Shown here: positions 12,488-22,955 of the stretch, piece by piece | Layout: each line of letters starts with the position of its first letter | Numbering within the stretch: position 1 is the first letter of the stretch | The notes under the pieces: generated by a model | What the model was told of the DNA's origin: nothing | Database searches by the model: none | The model's input: the letters and a program-made list of their open reading frames with translations, nothing else | Made by a program: the position numbers and the translations under genes | Assembly: GCA_913047795.1 (NCBI GenBank) | Contig: CAJWTS010000013.1 | Location: forward strand, 4,060 to 68,059 | From: an uncultured Verrucomicrobiota bacterium | GTDB taxonomy: Bacteria > Verrucomicrobiota > Kiritimatiellia > CAJWTS01 | Direction of reading: 5' to 3' | Length of the DNA: 64,000 nucleotides

Positions 12488-13810
12488 TCACGAGGCGTCG
12501 GGGCGCGTGCCCTTGCGTCCAACAGACTCGTAGTGGAAGCCCAATTCGCGCATCAGTTCGACCTCGTAGAGATTGCGTCCGTCAAAGATAACTTTGCTCT
12601 TCATCGCTTCGGCAATGCGCTTGAAATCCGGATTGCGGAACACCGCCCACTCCGTGACGATGACGATCGCATCAGCGTCCTGGACCGCGGCGTAGTAGTT
12701 CTCCGCGTATTCGACCTCGTCACCCAACAAGGGCTTCACGTTCTCCATCGCTTCGGGATCATAAACGCTTATCGCCGCGCCACGCCGGCGCAGTTCCTCG
12801 ATCACGAACAGCGACGGAGCTTCTCGTATATCGTCGGTATTAGGCTTGAACGCCAGACCCCAAATCGCGAACTTCTTGTCCGCCAGATCACTGCCGAAGA
12901 GGGCCTCGATGCGCGGGATGAGAACGGTCTTCTGCTGCTGATTAACGCGCATGACGGCATCCAGGATGTCGAAACTGTATTCTGCTTCGCTCGCCATTCG
13001 TGCCAAGGCCTGTACGTCCTTGGGAAAACAGCTTCCGCCGTATCCGATACCGGGGAACAGGAATCGCTTGCCGATCCGGTTATCGGTCCCGATACCGCGC
13101 CGCACATGATCGACATCCGCTCCGATGCGTTCGCAGAGGTTGGCGATCTCGTTCATGTAACTGATCTTCATCGCCAGGAACGCATTGGCGGCGTATTTCG
13201 TCATTTCCGCGGATCGCTCATCCATATAGATCACGGGATTCCCCTGCCTCACAAAGGGTGCCGTGAGCCGCTCCATGATTCGGCGCGCACGATCGGAACT
13301 CGTCCCGATAACGATTCGCTCCGGTTTCATAAAGTCGGACACCGCGAATCCTTCGCGTAAAAATTCCGGGTTGGACACGACGTCGAAGTCGGTTTTTGCG
13401 TTGCCGGCGATCGCCTCGCGCACGAGATCGGCCGTACCGACGGGCACGGTGCTCTTGGTGACAATGACTCTATATTCGGTCAACAACCGACCGAGGTCCT
13501 CGGCAACCGCGAGAATATGGCTCAGATCGGCAGACCCGTCCTCATCCGGAGGAGTCGGCAGCGCGAGCATAATCAACTCCGCGCCAGCTATCCCCTCCGC
13601 GAGATCGGTCGTAAATGTCAGCCGTCCCTGCGCGCGATTGCGGGCATAAAGAACGTCGAGATCAGGCTCGTAAATGGGCAATTCACCGCCATTGAGCATC
13701 TCGATCTTTTTCGCGTCGATATCGATGCAGGTTACCTGGTTACCTGTTTCGGCAAAGCAGGTGCCGGTGACGAGGCCCACATAGCCGGTTCCTATGACCG
13801 CAATATTCAT
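12488..13810 (-). CDS. ugd: UDP-glucose 6-dehydrogenase
   Basis: [50 protein letters not shown]. Confidence 0.95.
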   Translation of the reverse strand: MNIAVIGTGYVGLVTGTCFAETGNQVTCIDIDAKKIEMLNGGELPIYEPDLDVLYARNRAQGRLTFTTDLAEGIAGAELIMLALPTPPDEDGSADLSHILAVAEDLGRLLTEYRVIVTKSTVPVGTADLVREAIAGNAKTDFDVVSNPEFLREGFAVSDFMKPERIVIGTSSDRARRIMERLTAPFVRQGNPVIYMDERSAEMTKYAANAFLAMKISYMNEIANLCERIGADVDHVRRGIGTDNRIGKRFLFPGIGYGGSCFPKDVQALARMASEAEYSFDILDAVMRVNQQQKTVLIPRIEALFGSDLADKKFAIWGLAFKPNTDDIREAPSLFVIEELRRRGAAISVYDPEAMENVKPLLGDEVEYAENYYAAVQDADAIVIVTEWAVFRNPDFKRIAEAMKSKVIFDGRNLYEVELMRELGFHYESVGRKGTRPDAS

Positions 13811-13926
13811 GATTTGTTCCCGGGCGTTTCGAGGCCAGAGGCCTCGCCACTATAGGCCGTCCGCACAAGTTTTAAAGGTCAAATCGAGGATACCCATTGA
13901 AGCGTCGCTCGCGACGCGGCCCGGAC

Positions 13927-14358
13927 TCAGGACCCCTGGGCGGGCGGGGAAACTTCCAGCTGGCTTCGAAAGGCATCGGGAATCGCGACACTTTCGATGC
14001 TTCCATCCGGCAGCAGCGCACAGCACACGGTCGTCGACCGTCCGGTCGCTACGATCTCGCCGTCCTTCTCTATCTCAACGCGGTAGGTGACGGATTTATC
14101 ACCCACACGTTCAACGCTGAGACATACATCAAAGGCATCGTCATAGCGCAGCGGTTGATCGAAATCGAACGAGCACGACACACGCGGCCAGGAAACAACG
14201 CGATCCCCTTCTTCGGAAAAAATAGACAGGCCGAGACTCCGAATGAAGGCATGCTCCGCCTCTTCCATATACAGGAAGAAGTGCGTGTGGTGCGCAATTC
14301 CTGCCGCGTCCGTCTCGGCGTACGCAACACGACGTTGCATTCTGAATTCGTGAGCCAT
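13927..14358 (-). CDS. Acyl-CoA thioesterase (4HBT hotdog fold)
   Basis: RVAYAETDAAGIAHH motif. Confidence 0.85.
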   Translation of the reverse strand: MAHEFRMQRRVAYAETDAAGIAHHTHFFLYMEEAEHAFIRSLGLSIFSEEGDRVVSWPRVSCSFDFDQPLRYDDAFDVCLSVERVGDKSVTYRVEIEKDGEIVATGRSTTVCCALLPDGSIESVAIPDAFRSQLEVSPPAQGS

Positions 14359-14362
14359 CGGA

Positions 14363-15670
14363 TCAGGTGTCCTGCGATTCGGCCGCCGGCGCAAACGTGA
14401 TGCGGCGGGCTTTGGCTTCGAAGCGTGGCAACGACCCGATCTTCACAGGTTTGACTGTCGGGGTAAAGTTCAACCTGCTGCAAACGCGGTCGGAAAGTTG
14501 ATCGGCAAGATCCGCCGCCGCTTCGGCGGCCGCTTCAATTTCAATGTTCAGGACGGTCAGACCTGACTCCGTGCGAACCTGCATCTGAAATTCAAGGATC
14601 TCGGGAAACGAACGGACGATATCCTCGACGGAGGAAGGGTACACATTGTTCCCTTTCACAAAGAACATGTCGTCCTGTCTCCCGAGAATCCCACCCGCCA
14701 TGCCCCGGAACCCGCGACCCGAGGGACAGGGCTCCGCAGTCAGGCACACTCGATCGCCCGTGCGATACCGAATCAGGGGGCTGCCCCAGCGTCCCAGATT
14801 CGTTAGCACGAGTTCCCCCTCGGCACCATCGGGCAATGTTTCACCCGAATCAGGATCGATAACCTCGGCAATGCATTCGCTCTCGATCAGACGCGTCACC
14901 ATTGGCTGTTCCACGCATTCGATCCCCAGGGCCCCGATCTCGGTCATGCCGGCATGGTCGAACACACGCGCGCCCCAACCTTCCTCGATCCGCCCGCGAA
15001 CAGCAGGCACCGCGCCCCCGGGTTCGCCGGCGACAATCAAGCCGCGAACCGGGCCACCGGCGAGATCGATGCCCTGCTCCGCAGCCACCTCACACATCCG
15101 CAAGGCGTACGTGGGGGTGCAACAGACGAAGCTGATGTTGTGTTCGAGCAGAATCGCGATACGAACAGCTGTGCTCATTCCGCCACCTGAAAAACAAAAG
15201 TTGTCAAGTTGCTGCGCGCCCTCGAAGGCCGCCCAAAATCCAATGAACGGACCAAACGAAAATGGAAAAAACAGTCGATCCTCCGCCGTGACGCCCGCCG
15301 CCCGGTAGATAATGCCCCAGAGACGCACGGTCCACCACGCCCAGCTTTCGGGCGTATCGAGCCAGCGCAACCGCTGACCGCTCGTTCCGCTCGTCTGGTG
15401 CAGGCGCGTATAGCGGTCGATCGGATACGAAAGATTGGTTCCGTACGGCGGATTCTGTTCCTGATCCGCCGTCACTTCGTCCTTTGTCGTGAACGGCAAG
15501 CTGCGAAATTCCTCGAGCGAAGCAATGTCCCCCGGCGCATGGCTCGCGAACTTGTCCGCGTAGAATCGGTTCATTGTGAGCTCGCCCGTCATGCGGTGAA
15601 ATTTCTGCAACTGGAGGGCTTCCATTTCCACGCGCCCCAGGCACTCCTCCTCTTCAATCAAATACGCCAT
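14363..15670 (-). CDS. Phenylacetate-CoA ligase family protein (PaaK/CapK-like)
   Basis: LPFTTK, TSGTSG, GMTE, GELVLTNL, PLIRYRTGD, GRQDDM, NVYP. Confidence 0.85.
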   Translation of the reverse strand: MAYLIEEEECLGRVEMEALQLQKFHRMTGELTMNRFYADKFASHAPGDIASLEEFRSLPFTTKDEVTADQEQNPPYGTNLSYPIDRYTRLHQTSGTSGQRLRWLDTPESWAWWTVRLWGIIYRAAGVTAEDRLFFPFSFGPFIGFWAAFEGAQQLDNFCFSGGGMSTAVRIAILLEHNISFVCCTPTYALRMCEVAAEQGIDLAGGPVRGLIVAGEPGGAVPAVRGRIEEGWGARVFDHAGMTEIGALGIECVEQPMVTRLIESECIAEVIDPDSGETLPDGAEGELVLTNLGRWGSPLIRYRTGDRVCLTAEPCPSGRGFRGMAGGILGRQDDMFFVKGNNVYPSSVEDIVRSFPEILEFQMQVRTESGLTVLNIEIEAAAEAAADLADQLSDRVCSRLNFTPTVKPVKIGSLPRFEAKARRITFAPAAESQDT

Positions 15671-15796
15671 GCCCGCATGTAACGGCAGATCCTGAAAGTG
15701 GTCAACCGCAATGCGGGCGGCATGCCGCCCGCATTGCTATCTCGGGCATTGACCGGCAGTTGGGGAGCGCATACCCTTCGGGGATTGCGCGACGCC

Positions 15797-16510
15797 ATGA
15801 AGCCGGTCTCCATCCATTATCGATTCACCTTCGACGACGGAACGTCCCAATCATTTCAGATCGAACTCGATGGCGACAGTCTGGAACTCGCCGGGCTCGC
15901 GCCCGACGAGCAGCCGGAATGGACGGCATTGGATTTTCACAAGTGCCCGCATTGCCCGCTCGACGACGCGGCGCATGCGCGCTGCCCACTAGCCGCGAAT
16001 CTCGTGGGGATTGTGCAGCGTTTCGGGAAGATGCTTTCCTACGAGCAGGTTGAAATGGAGGTTGAGACCGAGGAGCGAACCGTGTCGCAGCGCACCACCG
16101 CCCAACGGGGCCTAAGTTCGATCATGGGCCTGATTATGGCCACCAGCGGATGTCCGCATACTTCGCCGTTCAAGCCCATGGCGCGTTTTCATCTGCCGCT
16201 GGCGAGCAAAGAAGAGACGCTATATCGCGCGGCGGCGATGTATCTGCTCGCTCAATTTTTCCGCAAGCGTACCGGCGAGGATGCCGATCTCGACGTCAAC
16301 GGCCTGCGTGAGATCTACAAGAATCTTGAATTGGTTAACCGGCACGTTGCCGAGCGTCTACGCAACGCCGCCGTCCAGGATTCAACACTAAACGCTGTCA
16401 TTATTCTCGATTGCTACGCCAAAACACTGCCGTATTCCGTCGAGCAATCCCTTGAAGAGCTTGCCTACCTTTTCGACCATTCTCCTGCCGTGAGCGCGGC
16501 CGACTCCTGA
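15797..16510 (+). CDS. DUF6901-like hypothetical protein with Cys cluster
   Basis: WTALDFHKCPHCPL...CP and GLIMATSGCP...PMARFHLP. Confidence 0.7.
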   Translation: MKPVSIHYRFTFDDGTSQSFQIELDGDSLELAGLAPDEQPEWTALDFHKCPHCPLDDAAHARCPLAANLVGIVQRFGKMLSYEQVEMEVETEERTVSQRTTAQRGLSSIMGLIMATSGCPHTSPFKPMARFHLPLASKEETLYRAAAMYLLAQFFRKRTGEDADLDVNGLREIYKNLELVNRHVAERLRNAAVQDSTLNAVIILDCYAKTLPYSVEQSLEELAYLFDHSPAVSAADS

Positions 16511-16861
16511 CGCACGATCGGCGACCTCAAGCTCGGCCTGCACCGTCCCGGGGAGTCGCGCTTTGAATACTACCCGGCCACATCGTCATCCATCGCGCCC
16601 TGCTGCCGGATCTGCCAATCTACGGCTTCTACTTCTATGCGTGCCGTCGTGAGGGCCCCCGACGCTCTGATCGGGTTGCGGATCTACTTTCAAGCCAGGT
16701 AGCAGGCCTTCTTCGAGATCTTCGCGTCCATCCCCTCACAGCACTGGTACGGCAGTGCTGCCGGGCCCTGATGTTCGCAAGCATGGTACGTTTTAGTGCA
16801 TTTGGTTCGGTAATCTTTAATGTGGCGGACTTCGCGTGACCCGAATTCGCGAAATTCTAAC

Positions 16862-16890
16862 TTGCACTTGTCCCGGCACTCGTTCATAGT
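16862..16890 (+). promoter_or_regulatory. Putative sigma-70 promoter of fusA
   Basis: TTGCAC-17 bp-CATAGT. Confidence 0.4.
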
Positions 16891-16966
16891 CGCCCGCTTT
16901 TGCCTTGGGCTCCAACCTACGGAGCGATCTCGTATCGCTGATAAGGCGTCCGACGGGGAAGTAAAA

Positions 16967-19048
16967 ATGGACACAGACCAACATCTTAAATTTGTGCGTA
17001 ACATCGGGATCATGGCCCACATCGATGCGGGCAAGACCACGGTCAGCGAGCGCATTCTGTATTACTCCGGAAAGTCCCACAAGGTGGGCGAGGTTCACGA
17101 CGGCGACGCAACCATGGACTGGATGGCGCAGGAGAAGGAACGCGGCATCACGATCACGTCCGCGGCGACCACGACCGAATGGCGTAATCATGACATCACG
17201 TTAATCGACACGCCCGGCCACGTCGACTTCACGGTTGAAGTGGAACGCAGCCTACGCGTGCTCGACGGCGCCGTGGCCCTGTTCTGCGCCGTCGGCGGGG
17301 TGCAGCCCCAGTCAGAGCAGGTCTGGCGGCAAAGCGTGAAGTACAGCGTTCCAAAGCTGGCCTTTATCAACAAGATGGACCGCATTAGCGCGGACTTCTT
17401 TGGCGTCGTCGAAAAGATCCAGGAGTCCCTCGGGGCAAACGTCGTACCGGTCGTGATCCCGATCGGCAGCGAATCCAACTTCACCGGCGTCATCGACCTG
17501 ATCCAAATGAAGGCCGTGTACTACGCGGACGAGGATCAGGGGACCACTTTCCGCGAGGAAGCCGTTCCCGAAGAATACCTGGAGGAGGCAACCAAATGGC
17601 GCGCCAATCTGGTGGAGAAAAGCGCCGAGCAGTCTGACGACCTTCTCGAGAAATTCCTCGAAGGCGAAGAAATCGACGAAGCCGAAATTCGTGCCGTCAT
17701 CCGCGCGGCAACCATCGACCAACGTATCGTTCCGGTCTATTGCGGCTCCGCATTCAAGAACAAGGGTGTCCAACGCCTGCTCGATGGCATCGTCGACTAC
17801 CTGCCGTCGCCGGCGGATAAGATGCCGATCATTCATCCCGACGGCGACGGCGATCGGCCGCCGACCAAGGATGCCCCGTTCTCCGCGCTGGCATTCAAGA
17901 TTGCCGCGGATAAGCACATGGGCAAACTGACCTTCATACGCGTGTATTCCGGTAAGATCAGTGCCGGATCAACGGTTTACAACAGCTCCCGATCGACACC
18001 ACAGCGTATCGGACGAATCCTGCGCATGCACGCCAATCGCCAGGAGGCCATGGAAGAAGCGAGTTGCGGGGACATCGTAGCCGTCGTTGGGCTAAACAAA
18101 ACCAAGACGGGTGATACCCTCTGTTGCAAGGATGACCCGATCCTGCTGGAGTCGATCGAGTTTCCCGCCCCGGTCATGTCCATCAGCATTAAGCCTGCGA
18201 GTCGCCTGGATCGCGACAAGTTGAGCGACGCGTTGCGCGCACTCGCGGACGAGGACCCGACGTTCACCGTTAATTTCGACCAGGAGACATCGGAACTCAT
18301 TATTTCCGGCATGGGTGAACTGCACCTGGAGATCATCGTCGATCGGCTCAAGCGCGAGTTCAGCGTTCAGGCCGAGATCGGACGGCCGGAGGTGGCGTAT
18401 CGCGAGGCCGGCACCATCGATGTGGCCGGCGAATACAAGCACGCCAAACAGACCGGCGGTCGCGGACAATACGGCCACGTATGCCTGCGGCTCGAACATC
18501 TTGCCGCGGGCACCGGATTCGAATTCGTGAACGAAGTCAAAGGCGGGAACATCCCGGCAGAATTCATTCCGGCGGTCCAAAAGGGCGTTGTCAAAGCCAT
18601 GGCGAAGGGACCCTATGCGGCGTACCCGGTCGTGGATGTGCGCGTGACAGTCTACGACGGATCCTCTCACGACGTGGATTCCAGCGAGTTTGCGTTCATC
18701 GAAACCGCCCGGGTATGTTTCCGCAACCTCTTCCTGAAGGCACATCCCGAACTGCTTGAACCCCTGATGTCGCTCGAGGTCGTCTCGCCGAAGGATTACA
18801 TGGGCGCCGTGACCGGCATGATCTATCAACGCCGTGGCCGCGTCGAATCCATGGACGCGCAGGGCGACGCCAAGGTCGTTCGTGCCATGACGCCGCTCAG
18901 CGAGATGTTCGGGTTTGCCGGTGATTTGCGCACCGTGACCCAGGGCCGCGGATCGTTTACGATGCACTTCGAGCACTACGAAGCCGTCCCCTACTCTATC
19001 GCGGAGGAGATCATCGAAAAACGACGGGCCGCGGATCTAATACGTTAG
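16967..19048 (+). CDS. fusA: Elongation factor G (stand-alone copy)
   Basis: [57 protein letters not shown]. Confidence 0.95.
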   Translation: MDTDQHLKFVRNIGIMAHIDAGKTTVSERILYYSGKSHKVGEVHDGDATMDWMAQEKERGITITSAATTTEWRNHDITLIDTPGHVDFTVEVERSLRVLDGAVALFCAVGGVQPQSEQVWRQSVKYSVPKLAFINKMDRISADFFGVVEKIQESLGANVVPVVIPIGSESNFTGVIDLIQMKAVYYADEDQGTTFREEAVPEEYLEEATKWRANLVEKSAEQSDDLLEKFLEGEEIDEAEIRAVIRAATIDQRIVPVYCGSAFKNKGVQRLLDGIVDYLPSPADKMPIIHPDGDGDRPPTKDAPFSALAFKIAADKHMGKLTFIRVYSGKISAGSTVYNSSRSTPQRIGRILRMHANRQEAMEEASCGDIVAVVGLNKTKTGDTLCCKDDPILLESIEFPAPVMSISIKPASRLDRDKLSDALRALADEDPTFTVNFDQETSELIISGMGELHLEIIVDRLKREFSVQAEIGRPEVAYREAGTIDVAGEYKHAKQTGGRGQYGHVCLRLEHLAAGTGFEFVNEVKGGNIPAEFIPAVQKGVVKAMAKGPYAAYPVVDVRVTVYDGSSHDVDSSEFAFIETARVCFRNLFLKAHPELLEPLMSLEVVSPKDYMGAVTGMIYQRRGRVESMDAQGDAKVVRAMTPLSEMFGFAGDLRTVTQGRGSFTMHFEHYEAVPYSIAEEIIEKRRAADLIR

Positions 19049-20172
19049 CTTCGCGAAGCGTTCCGCACGACGCGCTCGAGGCCGTCGTCGAGCGCTTCGA
19101 TGACCTGGTCCCAGTCGAAACGCGCGACGGCGCGTCGCGCCCGATCCGGATCCCCTTCCCATAGACCGCCACCGTCATGGCGCTCGATCAGGGCCGCCAA
19201 TGCCTGTTGCAGGTCCCCCCGATCATGCGCATAGAAAAAGGGACTCGCATCCCCTTCCAGCGCCGAGAGGACCTCGGGATAGGCCAGGTCCTCGGGAAGC
19301 AACGGATAGGCACCCGCCTTGATCGCCTCGATCACACCGATTCCAAAAAACTCGTGCCGCGCCGTCGAGACAACCACGTCGGACGCGGCCAATACATGCA
19401 CGTAATCGTCACGCGTCGGTTGATAGCCCCAGTGATCGATCCGGTCCGCAAACGCATCGTGCATCTTCTCGAAAATGGGCAATGCGCTACGCTCGTCGCC
19501 GCCGATTATGTTCAGTCTAAAATTGTAGCCGTCACGGGCGAGCGCCGAGATGGCCTCGAAAAATTGCTCCGGCCCCTTGTCAAACTCCCAGCGCGCGGCC
19601 CACAGGATCGTGCAAATCTCCTGCCGCGCGGGCGTGGCAGCGGCAACCGGGTCCACGCCGGGATAGTAAATCCGCGACGACGATCGAATGCGGTCCACGG
19701 CAGCCAGTGGCTGATGATCCGGCATGCGCTTGAGAAAGTCCGCGAGGCCTTCGAGAAACGAATCGCGATGATAGGCCGAGTTGAACCATGACTCATCGGC
19801 AGCCAGACCGGTCGACATGTTGGTGAATCCAAAATGGTAGTCAAAGTCTTTTGCGAATTGAACCGGGTAGGTGATCTGGTTCTCGTGAAAATATGCCACA
19901 CGCGGAAGCCGGGCCACGCTGGCCGGTGCCAATCCCAGGAATTCGGCCAAATTCAACATATCCGAACAGATAAGCGCATCCCAGACAGCGCCGTCATGGA
20001 CCGCCGCATCAATCTGCCAGGCAAAGGTTACTGCCGCATGCCGCATGCGCCACTTCCACTTATTGGGCGGAAGTGACTGCACTGTCCAGTCGTGGCGGCT
20101 ACGTCGAATCCAGCCATCCAGGAAGGCCCGGTGACTACCGCCGTAATAGGGTTCAAGTGCAAGAATGTTCAT
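19045..20172 (-). CDS. DUF3524/GT4-like glycosyltransferase (GTDC1/QTMAN homolog)
   Basis: [43 protein letters not shown]. Confidence 0.85.
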   Translation of the reverse strand: MNILALEPYYGGSHRAFLDGWIRRSRHDWTVQSLPPNKWKWRMRHAAVTFAWQIDAAVHDGAVWDALICSDMLNLAEFLGLAPASVARLPRVAYFHENQITYPVQFAKDFDYHFGFTNMSTGLAADESWFNSAYHRDSFLEGLADFLKRMPDHQPLAAVDRIRSSSRIYYPGVDPVAAATPARQEICTILWAARWEFDKGPEQFFEAISALARDGYNFRLNIIGGDERSALPIFEKMHDAFADRIDHWGYQPTRDDYVHVLAASDVVVSTARHEFFGIGVIEAIKAGAYPLLPEDLAYPEVLSALEGDASPFFYAHDRGDLQQALAALIERHDGGGLWEGDPDRARRAVARFDWDQVIEALDDGLERVVRNASRS

Positions 20173-20221
20173 GGTGCGATGCGCATGTTATCGCGCGCGG
20201 CGTCCCGGCGATCAAACGCGC

Positions 20222-21496
20222 TCACGGATCGGTCACTGCGGGTGGCGCCAACGACTCGAAGTAGGCCTTGAGCCGTTCGTTATCGGGATCGCGCTTTATC
20301 TGCGTCTCGATCACCTCGGCGGCAGCCGCACGATGACCACGTCGCTTCATCATCTCTGCGTAACGGTACGCCACACCGTGGTGAGTGGGATCAATATGCA
20401 GGGCCTCACGGAAAGCATGCCCGGCCTCCATGTAGAGTTTGCGATGCGCGTAAAGCCCGGCGATAGCCGCGCGCATGCCGGCGAACGCCCGCCGTGCCGA
20501 GACGTTATCGCGGAACGTGGCATCACTCATCAGGCGGGCAACGAGCGTGCTCCAAAAATCACGATCCTCTTTCACAAGCGGCAGCGGCAGCGTGCGCACC
20601 TTGATGGGGTGAAGCTCCATGAGCGGCCCCTTCGGGGCCAGGTAGGGATACATCCAGGGAATCACATAGCCCTCCTCAACGAAGAAGCGATGGTCTTTAT
20701 TGTTCAGGTCAAAAAAAAGTTTCGTCAATACACGACTGGCATCGCGTATGCCCCGTGTGCCGGTGATGCGCAGTTTCCCGTCAATCAGTCGGATGTCGCT
20801 TCCCGCGGTGATCCGACCCCTGCGAACAGCATCGAAATACGCCTCAAAGGTAAGACTGATGTCCAACTCCGACGGCAGGTCAATTCGGCGGCCATGCGAG
20901 ACTCGGAGATAATCCACGTAGGAATTGTCCGGTAGGCGCCCGGGACAGACGATGAAGATCTTCGGCTGGCCCGTCGCGTCACGGAACGCGGTCGATACGA
21001 AGCGAACGGCATCCGATCCCGCCAGCAAGATGCTGCGCGCGGGCAGTGGATCCAGAACAATTTCGCGAAAAATCGCGAGCACTTCTTCGCTCCAGTCCTC
21101 GAAATACCGATACCCGCGATAGGTCTCCTCGACCGCCGGCCAGATCGCGTTGTCGATCATGGCGTCCGGATCCTTACTGCCCAGATGCCGGACGCGGACA
21201 CGTAAGCCCTCGTACTGGTTCGATACTTCCGGCCAATCGGCGGCCGCTACCGCGGAGAAAAAGGGTTCGAAGGCGGAACGGTCCTTGATGTCCATCTTCT
21301 TGGCAACCTTGCGTGCCTGGGCCCATTTCCGGCGGCCAAGCAGCTGTGGAATTCTTTGGTCTGCAGCCGCAACACAGGTTGGTGCGCTCACACAGCAGAC
21401 CAGCAAGACCACGACGGCAATACGTAAGACTGATCCTGTCGACCAACCCTGCTTCGCCAAGGCTGATCGCGGTCGAATGGCTCGCGAGCGATTCAT
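20222..21496 (-). CDS. Secreted TPR protein resembling the soluble C-terminal region of PVC DUF2723 proteins
   Basis: Signal/TM segment, FFVEEGYVIPWMYPYLAPKG, C-terminal TPR (AFREALHIDP). Confidence 0.6.
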   Translation of the reverse strand: MNRSRAIRPRSALAKQGWSTGSVLRIAVVVLLVCCVSAPTCVAAADQRIPQLLGRRKWAQARKVAKKMDIKDRSAFEPFFSAVAAADWPEVSNQYEGLRVRVRHLGSKDPDAMIDNAIWPAVEETYRGYRYFEDWSEEVLAIFREIVLDPLPARSILLAGSDAVRFVSTAFRDATGQPKIFIVCPGRLPDNSYVDYLRVSHGRRIDLPSELDISLTFEAYFDAVRRGRITAGSDIRLIDGKLRITGTRGIRDASRVLTKLFFDLNNKDHRFFVEEGYVIPWMYPYLAPKGPLMELHPIKVRTLPLPLVKEDRDFWSTLVARLMSDATFRDNVSARRAFAGMRAAIAGLYAHRKLYMEAGHAFREALHIDPTHHGVAYRYAEMMKRRGHRAAAAEVIETQIKRDPDNERLKAYFESLAPPAVTDP

Positions 21497-21596
21497 GCTG
21501 CCATCGTACACGGAAATCGGGCTCCCAGCCAATTCAAGAACGCTCGACCAGGCGTCATTTCGCGCCCAAAAGACGGCGACGCGTTAGCCCCGGATA

Positions 21597-21632
21597 GAGA
21601 AAGCCCCACGCTCAATCTTGAGCGCAGGGCTT
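21597..21632 (-). terminator. Intrinsic terminator after the EF-hand gene
   Basis: Minus strand reads aagccctgcgctcaa-ga-ttgagcgtggggctt followed by ttct. Confidence 0.7.
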
Positions 21633-21654
21633 CCGGGTCGATCAGGTATCAGCG

Positions 21655-21975
21655 TTATTCGGCGTCGCGATTGCGTCGCTGGCCCTCTCCTCGCTCGCCC
21701 GGCTCGTCGTCACGCCGACGTCGGTCGTCGGCACTGATGACGCCGTCGCCGTTACGGTCCATGTGATCGAAGCGCCGGCGCAGACGGTCTTCGTGGCAGG
21801 CCAGGAATTCTTCCCAGGATACGGCCTGGTCTTCATTGGCGTCGCAGGCCTTCATGCGATCACGGCGATCGCCGGGCGGTCCTCGCCGATCGCCGCCGTC
21901 TTTGCCGGCCCAGGTTAGCGTGGCGGGAAGGCTGACGGCGAGGGTCATTGCAGTAATGATCAGAATCTTTTTCAT
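21655..21975 (-). CDS. Small secreted EF-hand protein
   Basis: RBS aaggaa, signal peptide, EF loops DANEDQAVSWEE and DRNGDGVISADD. Confidence 0.85.
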   Translation of the reverse strand: MKKILIITAMTLAVSLPATLTWAGKDGGDRRGPPGDRRDRMKACDANEDQAVSWEEFLACHEDRLRRRFDHMDRNGDGVISADDRRRRDDEPGERGEGQRRNRDAE

Positions 21976-22128
21976 CGTTATTTCCTTTCGTGACGGTGCC
22001 ATTGGCAGCCGCTTGTGTACCGTATAACGCCGCCACCGGGATATTATTGTATCCGATAGGAAAAGCCTGCCGGGCGGTCGCCAAGAATCCGCGCCTGCGC
22101 CCCGCCTTGGGCGTCCGTGCAGCCGGGC

Positions 22129-22812
22129 TCAGTTGGAAAGGACTTCCACCCGATAAAACCGGGTCGTATCGGCACTGGCCGACTCGTCTGAAACCGTATG
22201 GATGACTTCGTACCAGGGCGCGGTGCCGCCCAGCACAGTGTTGGTCGAGAGCACGAACAGGGCATGTGGGTCCGTCAAATCTTCGTTGTATGCATGCACG
22301 ACGTACGTCTTGTTGGATCGCGCCTTCCAGGTTACAAAGGTCGTGTCATTCGAGAATACGAGATCGGTGATCTCCAGGAGCGAATTCTCATCCGTGGGGT
22401 TCGTCCCGGCAGCCGCTTCGTCGTCATCGTCCACGCCGTCGTTATCCGAATCCGGATCGTTGATGTCCGTCGCGGTAACCGGGTCGAAGGCACTTCCGTC
22501 ACGTTCCTCGTGATCCAGGATCGTGTCGCCGTCGTTATCATTGTCGAGTTCGTCCGGAATACCGTCGCCGTCCGTATCCAGTCCCGGTCGTAGAATGAAG
22601 GTTCCCAGGAATCCGGCGAAGTTTTCGTAGGTCCCGCCGCGCGAGACGATGATCCCCCCGGGCTGGGCAACGGCGCTGATATTGGAGTATGTGCCGCCGC
22701 TGGTCCATTGTCCGGCACCGTCGAGAACAGCGCTGGCATTCGTGATCGCGTGCGCGCGGCCGGCCGCAAGACCGATCAACAACCCGCCCAAAATAGAAAC
22801 CAAGATCCGCAT
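22129..22812 (-). CDS. Secreted protein with thrombospondin type-3-like (DxDxDG) Ca-binding repeats
   Basis: Signal peptide (AHA), DTDGDGIPD, DNDGDTILD, DSDNDGVDD, AGTNPTD, C-terminal FYRVEV. Confidence 0.8.
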   Translation of the reverse strand: MRILVSILGGLLIGLAAGRAHAITNASAVLDGAGQWTSGGTYSNISAVAQPGGIIVSRGGTYENFAGFLGTFILRPGLDTDGDGIPDELDNDNDGDTILDHEERDGSAFDPVTATDINDPDSDNDGVDDDDEAAAGTNPTDENSLLEITDLVFSNDTTFVTWKARSNKTYVVHAYNEDLTDPHALFVLSTNTVLGGTAPWYEVIHTVSDESASADTTRFYRVEVLSN

Positions 22813-22955
22813 AATCCTTGCTAAGCGAGGTGCAATCTTAACCCAGACCCCCAAATCTGTCACCCCGCTCTTTGATCAAAAGGCCATGCCGGACAATATT
22901 CGCGCTGCCCGCGCGTTAGATGTGCATGAATCGACAACCCAAAGGACATCCAACT

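Noticed and set aside
12332-13360. Long antisense ORFs (also 751-2130, 6324-7295, 18092-18976, 52212-53102, 54185-55135)
   Set aside because: Shadow frames of high-GC genes with clear products on the other strand.
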